From: Octopus sinensis
Taxonomy: Eukaryota
Assembly (NCBI RefSeq): GCF_006345805.1
Contig: NW_021828056.1
Coordinates: forward strand, 1-37,362
Direction: 5' to 3'
DNA length: 37,362 nucleotides
The notes beneath the pieces are model-generated. The model was not told the origin of the DNA and made no database searches. It worked only from the letters and a program-made list of their open reading frames with translations. Shown in pieces: positions 12,172 to 24,492 of this stretch (within the stretch, counting starts at the first letter, position 1; each line of letters begins with the position of its first letter). The translations under genes were made by a program, and so were the position numbers.

Positions 12172-12255
12172 CGCGGTCTGATCAATAAGTATCCGGACTG
12201 TTGCTATAGTAATGAAGCTAAAGCAACAGTCAGGATACTTATTGATCAGACCTCG
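12172..12255. mobile_element. Ultra-short mariner-type MITE (84 bp, essentially two TIRs)
   Basis: TA-CGCGGTCTGATCAATAAGTATCCGGACTGTTGC...GCAACAGTCAGGATACTTATTGATCAGACCTCG-TA. Arms are 33 bp with 2 mismatches, TA on both sides, and the end is the TACGAGG type typical of mariner. Confidence 0.85.
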
Positions 12256-12807
12256 TAAACCAATCCCTGAAGAGGCTAACAATCCACTTTATTATATCAC
12301 TAAATAGACAACTGTTTTTAGTTCAACTGCGGCTGACAATGTAATTAGTAAACGAGACATGCCGATATTTGACGGAAACAGTCGTGATTAATATTTTATC
12401 TTTTTACCTGTAGTACAGGTGAAGTTCATTTCTCTCGTTTGTTTCATTTACATAAACATAGCACCGTCTACGTGTTGAGTCAAATGCATTCTGGGTAAAT
12501 ATATATCGGTCATGCACTAAGAATAAAGGTTCATGGGCATATGTCTGGTATACACATATATATAATTACATACATACATGCATTCATACATACAGATAGC
12601 TGGATAAATAAGCAGTTGTTAGACAAATACAAACAAACACGCAAAGGAAATAGAGAGGAAGGGACAAATCAGTGGCAAACATGCATATATATTTGTATAC
12701 AATCATAATCTACATTAATACCTGTGCGTATAATATATATATAATATATATATAATTATATATATAATATATATATATATATTATATATATATATATATT
12801 ATATATC

Positions 12808-12855
<48 letters not shown>

Positions 12856-12987
12856 GAAATAAAAAGTAATATACGTTATCTCATACATGATATAAGTGTG
12901 ACTTCAAAGTTAGTTTCTGAGTACTTGTGAACAGATGGCAACTTTCACATAGTTTTTTGGCTGTACTCCATTAAATATGTGCGTATG

Positions 12988-13023
<36 letters not shown>

Positions 13024-13448
13024 TGTATGTTTATATATACTTTCCCACAAACACATGTACATATATTTAAATATATATGTGTAAATATATAAACATTTAT
13101 ATTCATACATGCACATACATACATGCATGCATACAAACATACATACATACATACTTACATAATACATACATACATACATACACATATACATACATACATG
13201 CATACGTACATACATATTTCAGAGAAGAGCATAATTTTTCAGAGTTAATGAGGGCATAGTGATATAAAAAAATAATAATTAAATGAATAAAATAAAATAA
13301 AATAACTAAATAACTTATATCAAAATAAATAAATAAATAGATAAATAAAAGGAAGGAAAAGAGTTATAATAAAGTAGACAACAAAACATATCAACAACAT
13401 ACATCATATATTCCTTACTTTTAACTATATATAATATATAGATATATG

Positions 13449-13491
<43 letters not shown>

Positions 13492-14085
13492 ATATATATA
13501 TATAATATACACATATACATACAGACATACATACATACATATATATATATATATAATAAATATATATATATAATATATATATATTTTATATTATGTATGT
13601 ATGTATATGTATATATATATATGTATATATATTATTGAATAAATAAAAAACAGAGGAAAAACGCACGAAACGTTGAAGCTGAGAGGAAAAAAAATATTCT
13701 GTAAGAAAAGCAACACCAAAAACATATTGAAAACAGAGAAGAAGATAAATATTGGTATGAAGGATAGGAACAAAGAAGTTGTATTAAGAAGAGCAGCAAC
13801 AAAAAGTGAATGGAAGAAGACCAAAGCAAGGAATCTTTCTAGATATGTTCCAAAAGAAAGGTTATTCAGTACATCAGATGGTGTTGAAATAATAATGTTG
13901 GCGGTGTTGTTGTTGGTGTTGCTGGTGGTGATGGTGGTGGTAGTGGTGGTGGTGTTTAGTGTTTTTGTCGGTTTATTTTTTATTTTTTTATTTTCGTTTT
14001 ATCTATTTTGTTTTTGTTTTTTTGTTTTTTTTTTGTTTATTTCGCTTCTATTATATTTTCCGTGAGAGATATTTCCTGTGTAAGA

Positions 14086-14109
14086 TCTCTCTTTCTCTCT
14101 CTCACTCTA

Positions 14110-14184
<75 letters not shown>
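14086..14184. repeat. (CT)n microsatellite
   Basis: Directly visible. Confidence 0.95.
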
Positions 14185-14187
<3 letters not shown>

Positions 14188-14480
14188 ATTTATATATATG
14201 AGTATGCGCGTCTGTTTCTTAGTGTGTGTGTGTGTGTAAAACACGTACAAGCACACACACGAATACGCATATACATAAAAATATACATTTCATATATAAA
14301 TATTTATTTATATGAATATATACATACATACATGTATATATATATATATATGTACACACATACATTTGTATATTTATATACATACATTCATACATGCATG
14401 CATACACATATACGTGTATGCATGTGCGTATATAGATATATATATATATATACATATATATACATATTGAGTATATGTAT

Positions 14481-14513
<33 letters not shown>

Positions 14514-15351
14514 CATATACATATATATATATACGTATATATATATACGTATATATATATATGTATGTATGTATGTATACATATCGTTAAATTATCTCTG
14601 TTATGGAAGTCTTCTGAGGAAATATTAATAATAATATTATAATATATTCTCATATTCTTTCTCTTTTTAATTTCACTTCTTCATTGATTTTTTTTTATTG
14701 TTTCTGTTTCTTGATCTTTCATCTCTTCATCAAACTTCTCATCTTTCTAACCATCTCTTTTCCAACCTCTTTTATCAACTCTCTCCTCCCCTCTTCTCTC
14801 CTAACCTTTCTTATCATCTCTATTTTTTTTTTTTCATTTTGTTCAATCTTGTTGTTTACATTGTTACATTATTAGTCAGGTGATTAAGTGCTATATTTAA
14901 AGAGTACCATTTCTCGGTGGTAAACGTTACCATAGTTGTCACGAGACTCCCTAAAGAGCCACACGACAAATATCTGCGTTAGTCTAGGAACCCTTCAGAA
15001 TCTTTTTTTTTAAATATGTGTTTAAAAACATATAAATTCACGATGGTCAACATCTATAAGAACAGAAGCTCTTCTCTGGCCGTATGAATCGTTTTTACTG
15101 CATTCCTATCTATTTAGTTTTACTCTTTTGATCGCTGCATGTCGAACCAACATCGTTGAGTGCTTAGACTGTCTTTGACGGTGACATGGCGGTATATATT
15201 GATATACATGACGTATAATAGCCCCGGGCAATCGGTGCTGTCCTAGCAGATCTCTTCTGTCGTGGTAACGATGACATTAGTGATGACAGTTTTGCTCTTT
15301 CATTCGACTTCCTGGCATAATTTGTAATTTCTTTTGAAATTTAGAAAAGGT

Positions 15352-15544
15352 GAAGAAGAAGAAGAAGAAGAGGGAGAAGAAGAAGAAGAAGAAGAAGAAG
15401 AAGAAGAAGAATGAAGAAGGAGAAGAAGAATAAGAAGAAGAAGAAGAAGAAAAAGGAGAGAAAAGAAGAAGAAGAAGAAGAAGAAGAAGAAGAATGAAGA
15501 AGAAAAAGAAGAAGAAGAAGAAGAAGAAGAAGAAGAAGAAGAAG
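15352..15544. repeat. (GAA)n microsatellite
   Basis: Directly visible interrupted GAA run. Confidence 0.95.
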
Positions 15545-15921
15545 GTGGTGGTGGTAGGATGACGATGGCGACTACGAGGACGAGGACGAGAAGAAGGCTC
15601 CAATCCTGACAACGAAGAGAAACCACTGAAAGGTTCAAAATTGTTTCTTCGTGGAGTTCTAAGATTTGGTACTACGGAAATAGGCAGGCTATGACTTAGC
15701 AACTCCCAACTTTTCGCTAGAATATTTAATGGGGATTCAATTGCAATGAAGATCAAATGCTCTCTGATAGGTACGTGGTCAAACTGAGATATCACTAACC
15801 TGCTCTCAACCTCAAGCAGAACCTAACACCAGGATTAACAGGGGGGGGGGGGAGTAGAAAAGATAGAAGAAAAATGAGAAAATGAAAGATAAATGGACAT
15901 TTCTTGAACTGAATTTAGCTG

Positions 15922-16060
15922 GCATGACTGTGAAATTAAGAAGCTCTCTTTGCAGTCACATGGTTGCGGGTTCAGTCCCACTGCATGCTACCTGGGTAAG
16001 TATCTTCTGCTACAATCCCGACCCAAGCATGTTTTGTAAGTAACGAAACTGTCGAATGTA
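15922..16060 (+). mobile_element. Decayed 5' half of SINE family A
   Basis: CACATGGTTGCGGGTTCAGTCCCACTGC (B-box region) matches 32741-32770. Confidence 0.65.
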
Positions 16061-16084
16061 TATATATGTTTGTATATATATGTT

Positions 16085-16119
<35 letters not shown>

Positions 16120-16199
16120 ATATATATATATCTATATATGTGTGTGTGTGTATATATGATAGATAGATATAGATATAATATATATACATATATATATAT

Positions 16200-16393
<194 letters not shown>

Positions 16394-16799
16394 TTCAAAT
16401 TTACAGAAAACAAAAGACGAAGACAGGTGTAGGGACAACAAGCAGGTGTGTTAGTTTAACGCTCGGGAAGAATTGAAAAGTCTTTTACGTTTCGAGGTCA
16501 CGCTCTTTGACAGAAAGAAAGGTACACATGATTTTTGACTTACCCTCGTATGTCAAGCATGACTATTTCGCTTTCTATTTGCCCGCAGAATATCAGTTAT
16601 TCATTTTCTTACATTGATCATTTCTAAAATTTATTACAATAGATATCTTAGAATTACAAGTACCTATAAGTACGCGGATAATGATTCAACTTTCTACGGT
16701 GACGGATCCTTCGAAGAATCAGGATTTAGCAGAAATGGATTTTTATCCAAGACAGAGCTGCTACACTAGCCAGAAAAATCTTCTTTAGCCATCAAAACT

Positions 16800-17405
16800 T
16801 CACATTCACTAATTATTTCTAACTATAATGGTCAAACAATGATGATTTTTGTAGTGTTCTATCACTACATCCGCTCCAGTATTTTTGAGCCGTGTTGGTA
16901 GTTGCGTACTGATATTTTCAAGAGCATCAATCATATCTACTTACTTTATTGTCTAAAACCAGCGTATTTCCCACATCAATTAATCATAGTTCTTCACTTT
17001 TCCTTCTTTCTCGTCAATCCTGTAGTCACCCGGACATGCCACGTCAATTATCAGGAAAGTTATATTTTCTTTTGTTTAGTGCAACAACGTCAGGTATTTT
17101 GTTCAGGTATTCTAAGTCCAATCTGATGGACAGACTGAACCATTGCATGTCATAGATTTTGCAATCCTCATTCTTAGATTTCGTCATACCACGTCTTTGA
17201 CCTTTCCACAAAGCTTCCATGGACCATTCTTGTCACATTATCGTGCCACCTTTTGTATTCACGCTGTGCCAATTTCGGACTCTCACTAAAGATGTGCCAC
17301 ACTGTTTCATCCCTCTCACCACACATTCTGCACTTCTCGCTCTCGGATGTTTTATCAATTTTGAACTTTACTTCACATTATTCACTGTTAATACATGACC
17401 TGTAG
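16800..17405 (-). pseudogene. 3' remnant of an R4/Dong-like non-LTR retrotransposon (zinc knuckle and restriction-like endonuclease)
   Basis: Minus strand reads KFKIDKTSESEKCRMCGERDETVWHIFSESPKLAQREYKRWHDNVTRMVH, then after frameshifts PDVVAL and IIDVACPGDYRIDEKEGK..DALENISTQLPTRLKNTGADVVIEH. Confidence 0.85.
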
Positions 17406-17555
17406 ATATATAATGATTATATATAGATTCTTAACATGTTCTGGTAGATTTGAATGTGAGTATACTAATCGATAATGTATTTCATTTTGGGATAACAGCT
17501 TCTACCTTCAGACGATGTATATTCCCAATCCACTCAATTCAGTGACATAGAGAAG

Positions 17556-17605
17556 ACCTTTCAACACCGGTGTTTCGACCTCATTGTGCCTCTTCAGTCA
17601 AAGCC
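17556..17605 (-). ncRNA. Partly decayed hammerhead-like motif
   Basis: Minus strand CTTTGA-CTGAAGA-GGC..GTC-GAAAC-ACCGGT-GT-TGAAAG: intact core, 3-bp stem II, perfect palindrome ACACCGGTGT at stem III, imperfect stem I. Confidence 0.4.
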
Positions 17606-19092
17606 ACAACCGGATTTGTGAATCTAAACAAGATTGATGATTATTTATAGAATAAAATATAGCCAGAAGATAACTATTGATTGCCGTTGTTGTTATCGTT
17701 GTTGCTTTTACTATTGCTGTTTCAGTCCAGATCGAGTCTAACCTGTTCGAGGGAAATGATAATGAAAGTTTTTTGCAGTTATGACCATTCCTTCATAGTT
17801 CATCTCAGACAACAACAGCCAACATGTCATGCCATTGTCTTTTTAAAGACGGTTTTGTATGATTCGAGAAATAGAGAGACAGAGAGAAATAGAGGGAAAT
17901 AGAGAGATTTGGCTGCTGTTTCTTGCAAATTTAGCGACCAAGTAGGGACACACTATGTACTGTTTTAATTGGAATTTTAAGCAGCATGGGATAGCTTTTC
18001 CATTGCGTTTGTTCTTTAGTCTTTCTCTCACTCAATCATGTTATCTGGTTTATTCTAAAACATATTAAAGCTAGCATTACTATCATTAACAGCAGGAATC
18101 CCTGCTGTTGTTATTGTTGTTGTTGCTGTTGTTGCTATTGTTACTGCTGCTGCTGCTGCTGCTGCTGCTCTTGTTGTCGTTGCTCTTGTGGTTGTTACGA
18201 TTATTTATTGATCAATCTTAGATTTATTGCACATATCTTCTGTTTCCTTCAAAGCTCTCTGATTTTGAATCTAAAATGTCTGAAGGAAGTAGGGAATGCT
18301 GGCGAAAATTGTTACTTATGCTTTATAAGTAATTCGTTACTATTCCTTTTTTCTTAAGTTTTTAATGCACACACATGCACACATACACACAAATACAAAC
18401 ACACACACGTATAAATACATACATATACATAGATATGCGTGTGTATGTGTGTATGTGTGGGGAGTGTATCTACGTATATGAATGAATGTAAATATATATA
18501 TATATATTCGTTAAATGGTTTTATTTTTGCGGCAAATCGAAAAGATTTTTGTTTTTCGTATTTTCCCCTAGAGATTCCTGGAAAGTAAAATCGTTGCATC
18601 AAGTCTCAAAAGAAAAAAAAAGCAGACGTAAACACAAAATGGCTAAGTTTATGAGAGTACAAACAATATGAATGTGACTGGCATCTACAATAGCAGCAGA
18701 AATCTTCTTTAATGGCATCCTATCGTGTTAGAAGTAATGGAGGACATCTTGGGCAATGGGATCTTGAACTTCACTGTATCTCGGAAAAAAGGCGAGAATG
18801 GTTACGGCTGAAATGGTTTTGACCATAGATTTCTACAATAGTTGCTATACCAATAATAGCAACAACAGCGGTATTGTGTCACTAATGTTTTGCGATCTTT
18901 TGGAATAGGTACCACGTGTTTTAAAAGCTCAAAACTTAAGGATAGAAACGAAATAGTTATATCAGGAATGGGTGCAGGTTCGGTCGTACAGTGCAGCATC
19001 TTACGCAAGTTTTGATTGGCACAACTCTTGGCTGACCATAATTTTTGAGCATGCTTTGGTAGACAGTAACTAACTATGCCAAGACCATCATA

Positions 19093-19140
<48 letters not shown>

Positions 19141-19300
19141 TCGTGGGTGTGTCGTAGGAAGATTTATTTTCAGCCACATGGTTCTGGGTTCAGTGCTACG
19201 GCGTGGCACCTTGGACAAGTGTCTTCTACTATCGTATCGGACCGCCCAAAGCTGTGTGAGTGGATTTGGTTGATAACAACTGAAAGAAGCCTGTTGTATA
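19141..19300 (+). mobile_element. 5' half of SINE family A, ending at a MITE insertion
   Basis: CCACATGGTTCTGGGTTCAGTG..GTGGCACCTTGGACAAGTGTCTTCTACTAT..GTGAGTGGATTTGGT..AACTGAAAGAAGCC. Confidence 0.8.
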
Positions 19301-19813
19301 CCGTAAATCCTCGAGTATAATCCGCATTTTTTTACCCAAAATTTAAAGGTCAAAATCTCTAGTGCGTACTATATACGAGGTTAAAAATGAAAAGTATTTT
19401 CTAAGCAATGCCTGAGTCTCTATTTGCTGTCTGGCAATGTTTATTCAGATGCATTTTGTGATGTTGGGTGTGAAAATACCTTAAGCTAAGCCTGAAAGCA
19501 ATGAAGTCATAAAAGAATCACCCATAACTTGCAGTAAGCAACATTTATTAAACGTTATTACTGTTATTTCTTTATTTTCTGAAAACAAAATACACAAAAA
19601 AGCTATACGTTTGCATTATGTTATATATACAATAATAATAAAGGACGTTAGCCTATACATTTTTACAAACCAAGGACGTTATATAGATCTTCTTGACTCA
19701 AGTTAGAGAAGGGGTACATATTATACACAAGGTTTAGGTTTTTCAGTGGTACAGCCCCCTAAAAATCTCCTGCGTATTATACTCAAGGGCGGACTATACT
19801 CGAGGATTTACGG
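19301..19813. mobile_element. MITE, Tc1/mariner superfamily (pogo/Tigger-like ends), 513 bp
   Basis: TIR CCGTAAATCCTCGAGTATAATCCGC versus GCGGACTATACTCGAGGATTTACGG (24/25 match), TA on both sides, no coding interior. The pogo assignment is from memory of TIR style. Confidence 0.85.
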
Positions 19814-19829
19814 TATATATACATATATA

Positions 19830-20168
19830 CTAAATGATTGATACGGAAGACAGAGTGTACTGGAAGCTTTATTTACGACTACGATCGTTTCGGCTGACTT
19901 CTGCACTGCTCCCTCGTGGGTGAGGAACGATGAAATGGAATCGAATGCACCCCACAGTGCAGAGAAACCTCTTCGGCCTACAAAAAGTGGTTCAGTGTTA
20001 TAAGATGTGCATTTATGTCGTCTGGGATGTTTCTTCTGCACTATGGGGTGCATTCGATTCCCTTACATCGTTCCCCATTCACTAGGGGACAGTACAGAAG
20101 TAAGCCGAAACAATCGTTGTTCTAAATAACGCTTCCAATACACCTTGTTTTCCGTATTAATCTTTTAG
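19830..20168. repeat. Imperfect inverted repeat (about 140-bp arms, 60-bp spacer); each arm carries a hammerhead-like 3' half
   Basis: 19830-19968 versus 20029-20168 are roughly 80 percent reverse-complementary by eye. The left arm on the minus strand reads CCGAAGA-GGTT..AGCC-GAAAC-GATC-GT-A. Confidence 0.8.
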
Positions 20169-20421
20169 AATAAATTCAGCGTGCACCTGGAAATTCCTTT
20201 CATACATCCAGCAGCGAAAGTGCACTACCCCCGGATGACGCCTGGCAGCCGCAAGCGGTGAACGTGCTCTGTAGGCACACTACAAGGGACATTTTGATAA
20301 CAAAGTTTGGATACCACACCTTAAATTCTCCTACCTAAAACTTTAATTGTAAATACAATTTGAGTGTATGTGTGTGTACGTGCATGCGTGCGTGCATGCG
20401 TGTGTGTGCATGTGTGTGTGA

Positions 20422-20475
<54 letters not shown>

Positions 20476-20477
20476 AT

Positions 20478-20680
20478 TTGTGTCTGTATCCTCTACCGCT
20501 CGACAACCAGTGTTAATGCGTTATGTCCCCGTAACTTAGTGGTTCAGCAAAAGAAACGAATATAATAAGCACCAGACTTTAAATAAATCAGTAATGGGGT
20601 CGATTCGTTCGATTAAAAAGGCTCCAAAGCGGTCCCCAAGCATGACCGCAGCCCAATGACTGATTCAAGTAAGAGATAAA
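20478..20680 (+). mobile_element. Decayed 3' half of SINE family A
   Basis: GACAACCAGTG, GTCCCCGTAACTTAGTGGTTCAGCAAAAG, GGGGTCGATT and GCATGACCGCAG match other copies. Confidence 0.75.
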
Positions 20681-20829
20681 TTATGTTTTTTCTGGTGTAG
20701 AGAGACTTCGGTGGCGGTGAGGGGGGATGGCTACGGTCGGACAGTTGTATTCTAGGTTTGGCCGTAGAAAGGGAGAGGAAAGAGGAATGATGACATCTTG
20801 CTCTCTGGACCAGAACAAGATGTCATTTG

Positions 20830-21243
20830 TTATTATTATTATTTCGGTCTTATTCCAGGCAAGATTTATGCGGATAACGGGTTACTACCTGTAACCTTAA
20901 GTATCCGTAAGTTTTCGGCAGTCTTTCAAGTGCTTAGAACTCTCCTGATAATTCTTGCTGTCCTTAAGAGACAAACTTTTTGTCGGAGCTCTACCGGACA
21001 TTCTATTTCAATCGCGTTCAGCCATTTGGCTATATCTTTGCTTCCTCTTCCCAACGCACCAATTATTATAGGCACGACTTATTATCGCATACTCCAAATT
21101 CTTCCTATTTCAAATTTTAAGGAATTGTATTTTCTTTGTTTCACTTCCTCTTTCTTTGCGATCCTGCAAAACAAACGGTCATGATGGGTCGATAAGTAAG
21201 CAGTTTCGCTTTTCCTTATCTACAATCGTTATATCTAGTATAT
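20830..21243 (-). pseudogene. 3' remnant of a second R4/Dong-like non-LTR retrotransposon with (TAA)n tail
   Basis: Minus strand reads LDITIVDKEKRNCLLIDPS, then RIAKKEEVKQRKYNSLKFEIGRIWSMR**VVPIIIGALGRGSKDIAKWLNAIEIECPVELRQKVCLLRTARIIRRVLST* (stop at 20926-28), an 80-bp 3' UTR and a TAA tail at 20830-20843. Confidence 0.85.
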
Positions 21244-21303
21244 TAGTTTCTATCTTCTTTCTTCTTCTTCTTCTTCTTCTTCTTCTTATTATTATTATTA
21301 TTA

Positions 21304-21341
<38 letters not shown>

Positions 21342-21557
21342 GGCGGTGAACTGGCAGAATCGTTAGCACGCTGGACGAAATGCTTAGCAGTATTTCGTCT
21401 GTCGTTACGTTCTGAGTTCAAATTCCGCCGAGGTTGACTTTGCCTTTCATCCTTTCGGGTCGATAAATCAAGCACCAGTTATGCACTGGGGTCAATGTAC
21501 TCGACTAGTCCCCTTCCCTCAAATTTCAGGTCTTGTGCCTTTAATAGAAAGGATTAT
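21342..21557 (+). mobile_element. tRNA-headed SINE family C, well preserved
   Basis: GGCGGTGAACTGGCAGAATCGTTAGC head, B-box GAGTTCAAATTCC, central GACTTTGCCTTTCATCCTTTCGGGTCGATAAA domain (Meta-SINE-like, from memory), ATT-rich tail; second copy at 32088. Confidence 0.85.
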
Positions 21558-22594
21558 TTTTATTATTAATACCATCATCATCATTATTACTATTATTGAA
21601 TCGACTTTCGTTGTGAGAGTTCTACAAAAGGAAGAACACAGAAGAATTGGCGGTTTATTCAAATCAAATTCTACTCCCCACCTCTACCCCTTCCGAACCC
21701 ACCAGTTGTAGAATTTTTCCAATGTTACAAATCATTATTGTCAAATGATTTATTGACTAACTAGTCATTAGTTATCGATCTTCTATCGATTAGGACGAAC
21801 TGAACCATAAGTTAATAATTACAAATACACGAAAAGAAAACAACAATAGTTTGTTAATCTAAGAGTTTAGTGAAAACTGTCAGCAAACTGTTATTTCACC
21901 CGGTGTTTAAATACTTGTTTGGCTGACGATGTTTCCATAAAGAACGACGGTCATAGTTCAAAGATCCTATGATAGAGGGCAGCCCCCACGCACTTTCTAG
22001 GGTTGAGAAAACTCACAGCTAAAACCAGTTAAAGTGATTACATATTGAGATTTTATGACTTCACGATCTACGATGATTTTTTCCGAGAAATCCTACAAAT
22101 AGCAAAAGATGCATTCCAAAGAGCAGCTACATACACAAATAATCTGAGCTACAACCAACAGCAATCCCTCTGATTGACCAAGAACTCACCACTTCAGCTT
22201 TTGGTTTGCATATTTGCTATTTCCTCATTCTTCTCTTTACTCCGTTTCTTTTCTCATTCTTTTTTTCTTTTTTACAATCTCTACAACAGCGGTCTCTGTT
22301 CATGTGAGCTCGACATGCCATCGCTGTTCAGACCAACCAACACAATCACCTCTCGTATTCTCGTTTGACTCACTCACACCCCATTGCTCGCATTAACCAT
22401 CATGGCGAATCTTTTCTCTCTAGAACATCAGTCTTCTGGAACTGGTCTTGTTAGCGAGCGTTTTTCAGGTTGAAGTTCACTTATAAAGGGTCAAATTGAG
22501 CATCAGCAGTATCGATCTCACCAATCCCTTGGGCCTTGCAAAAGCCAAAGAAACTATCTCTACCAGCCTTGTGGAGATTCCAATGACCGCTAAC

Positions 22595-23160
22595 TCTTCT
22601 TTCTGAATTTATATAAAACAAATTCATTCATCACTGATCCCGGATAACACGATACGTTCAATTGTGAACCATTCTACAGTGAGCAGAAAGAAATACGAAG
22701 CACTTGAGCCTAAAATTCTATGCAGATGAGTATGTATTTTCTACAGGAAAGGCTAGATATGATCAAGAAAGTAAGTGACGGCGAAAGCTTCGTTCCTGTG
22801 GACCACAAGTTTGATGTCAATAAATCTTCTTTCTGAATTTATAATAAACAAGAAGATCATAGTGTCCAGTAAGGTTGTACATGTGGCCCTGATTATCACT
22901 GATACATTTATCGCTGATTCATCACATGGTACGCTCAATTGTGAAACATTTTACAGTGAGCAGAAAAAAATACGAAGGCACTTGAGCCTGAAATACTATG
23001 CAGACGAGTGTGTCTGCAGATAAGTGTGTTTCCCTACAGAAAAAAGCTAGAGATGATCAAGAAAATAATTGATGGTGGAAGCTTCGTTGCTGTGGACTGC
23101 GATTTTAGGGTCAATAAATCTAGCATCCGTTCCATTTACAATGTGAATGGCGTGATTCGT
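22595..23160 (+). pseudogene. Tandemly duplicated, decayed pogo/Tigger (CENP-B/psq-type HTH) transposase N-terminus
   Basis: Copy A 22595-22824 and copy B 22825-about 23120 align. Translations LQERLDMIKKVSDGESFVPVDHKFDVNKSSF and KKIRRHLSL..KLEMIKKIIDGGSFVAVDCDFRVNKSSIRSIYN fit the psq-HTH pattern. Confidence 0.55.
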
Positions 23161-24062
23161 TTACCGCAGTGTTTTGTTTTGTTTGTTTTTAACTAAACTC
23201 CTGCGATAAACGAGCATCGATGTATCCCTAAAGTATTGATTTCCTGATAAAGTTTCCTTAAAATCATGCTTCCGTCACTTTCAGATTTTACAGAATCATA
23301 GCTTCTCGAAAGAGATCCTATTGACAATGAAAAGCCTGTGAATGCTCTGTCATGTCCCTTTCGTCTATGTTGTGCAGCCTGGAATATTGGTGTTACATTG
23401 TGAGAGCGTGGTGCAGAATATCTTGCAGTATTTATTCCGGTTATCTGCACTCTAAATTGAAAACATAAACTGATAAGTAAAGTATCAGTTCAGTACTGGG
23501 TCGATAATCCTGCTCTCTCTCACGCTCTCCCGCCCTCTCTCTTTCCCTCTCTACCTCCTTCTCTTTCTTTCTTCCTTTCTTTCTTACTCTCTCTCTCTCT
23601 CTCTCTCTTTCCATCTATCTATCTATCTCTTTCTGTATTGTATTTATAATTCAAAAGCCTGGTCTTGTCACCATTGAACCACTTTGATTCAAAGCGATAA
23701 TTACGTTATGCGTTTGTGGAATACACAACCAACTTATACGTTAACTTCATGAGTAGGGATTCAGTTGTCGGTCAACCAACTTTCCCTCGTCGAAACCTAC
23801 GGAAGACCCATCTTAAGTTGGGTATTCTGTTGAAACTAAACACAAACGGATAGAGAGGTGAAAACGAACAGCTAAATATTTTGTAAGTTTTAATCCAATG
23901 TGATGACTAATTTACAGATCCTCTCCGTCTTTAGGGATTATCATAATATAGATGTAAAGGAGAAACACTTGAAAATCCTCATTGGTTCAATTAAAGAGAT
24001 AAAAATAAACGTGATGTATACTGCACCGATTACAGAATATTTGATAAAACTTACCTTAAGAT

Positions 24063-24230
24063 TTAGATCCTCCAGCGCTGGTCAGCGCATTGGGCGATAG
24101 GCTTCTTCTGCCAGGTTCTGTCGGCTGGTATTCTTACAAATCCACTCCACATAATTTTAGCTGTTTTCAATTCCTCTTGAAATGCCCACTTGTCAAGTGA
24201 TCTTCTGCCAGCCCTTTTTAAGCCTACCGT
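24063..24230 (-). pseudogene. Possible decayed 3' end of an RTE-clade LINE ORF
   Basis: Minus strand LKRAGRRSLDKWAFQEELKTAKIMWSGFVRIPADRTWQKKPIAQCADQRW loosely fits the GR..KW.D.L...A.DR..W C-terminal pattern. Confidence 0.3.
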
Positions 24231-24492
24231 CAGCTGTTACTCGAACCATGGCTGTTTTCGAGTGCCACTGATCGGCTAAATTAGTGGTTCTCAAGCAGGG
24301 TATCTATATGATCCCTGGTGGTCCGCATAAGATTTTGCAAGGAAAATAGTTAATTGGGGATCCACGGTGATGTTTTAATGGCTCAAGAAATGGCTGTTAC
24401 TGGTGCTGAGTAATTCGGCTTTTAGATGAGATGCTGCAGAGTACTGAGAGGTTAATTAATATACTGTGTAATACTCGTAGGTGTTTAAATGA

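Noticed and set aside
12261-12390. CTGAAGA-GGC ... GAAAC-A-GT-C long-range hammerhead
   Set aside because: Stem II does not close next to GAAA and about 100 nt separate the halves; could be chance.
16530-16551. Apparent donor GAGG|GTAAGT on the minus strand
   Set aside because: Better explained as an isolated mariner TIR fragment (TACGAGGGTAAGTCAAAAAT) with no partner.
21923-21960. CTGACGA motif (also at about 3978)
   Set aside because: No properly placed GAAA or stems follow.
24047-24060. Consensus minus-strand donor AAG|GTAAGT
   Set aside because: All three upstream frames have nearby stops, and the sequence looks like a LINE remnant.
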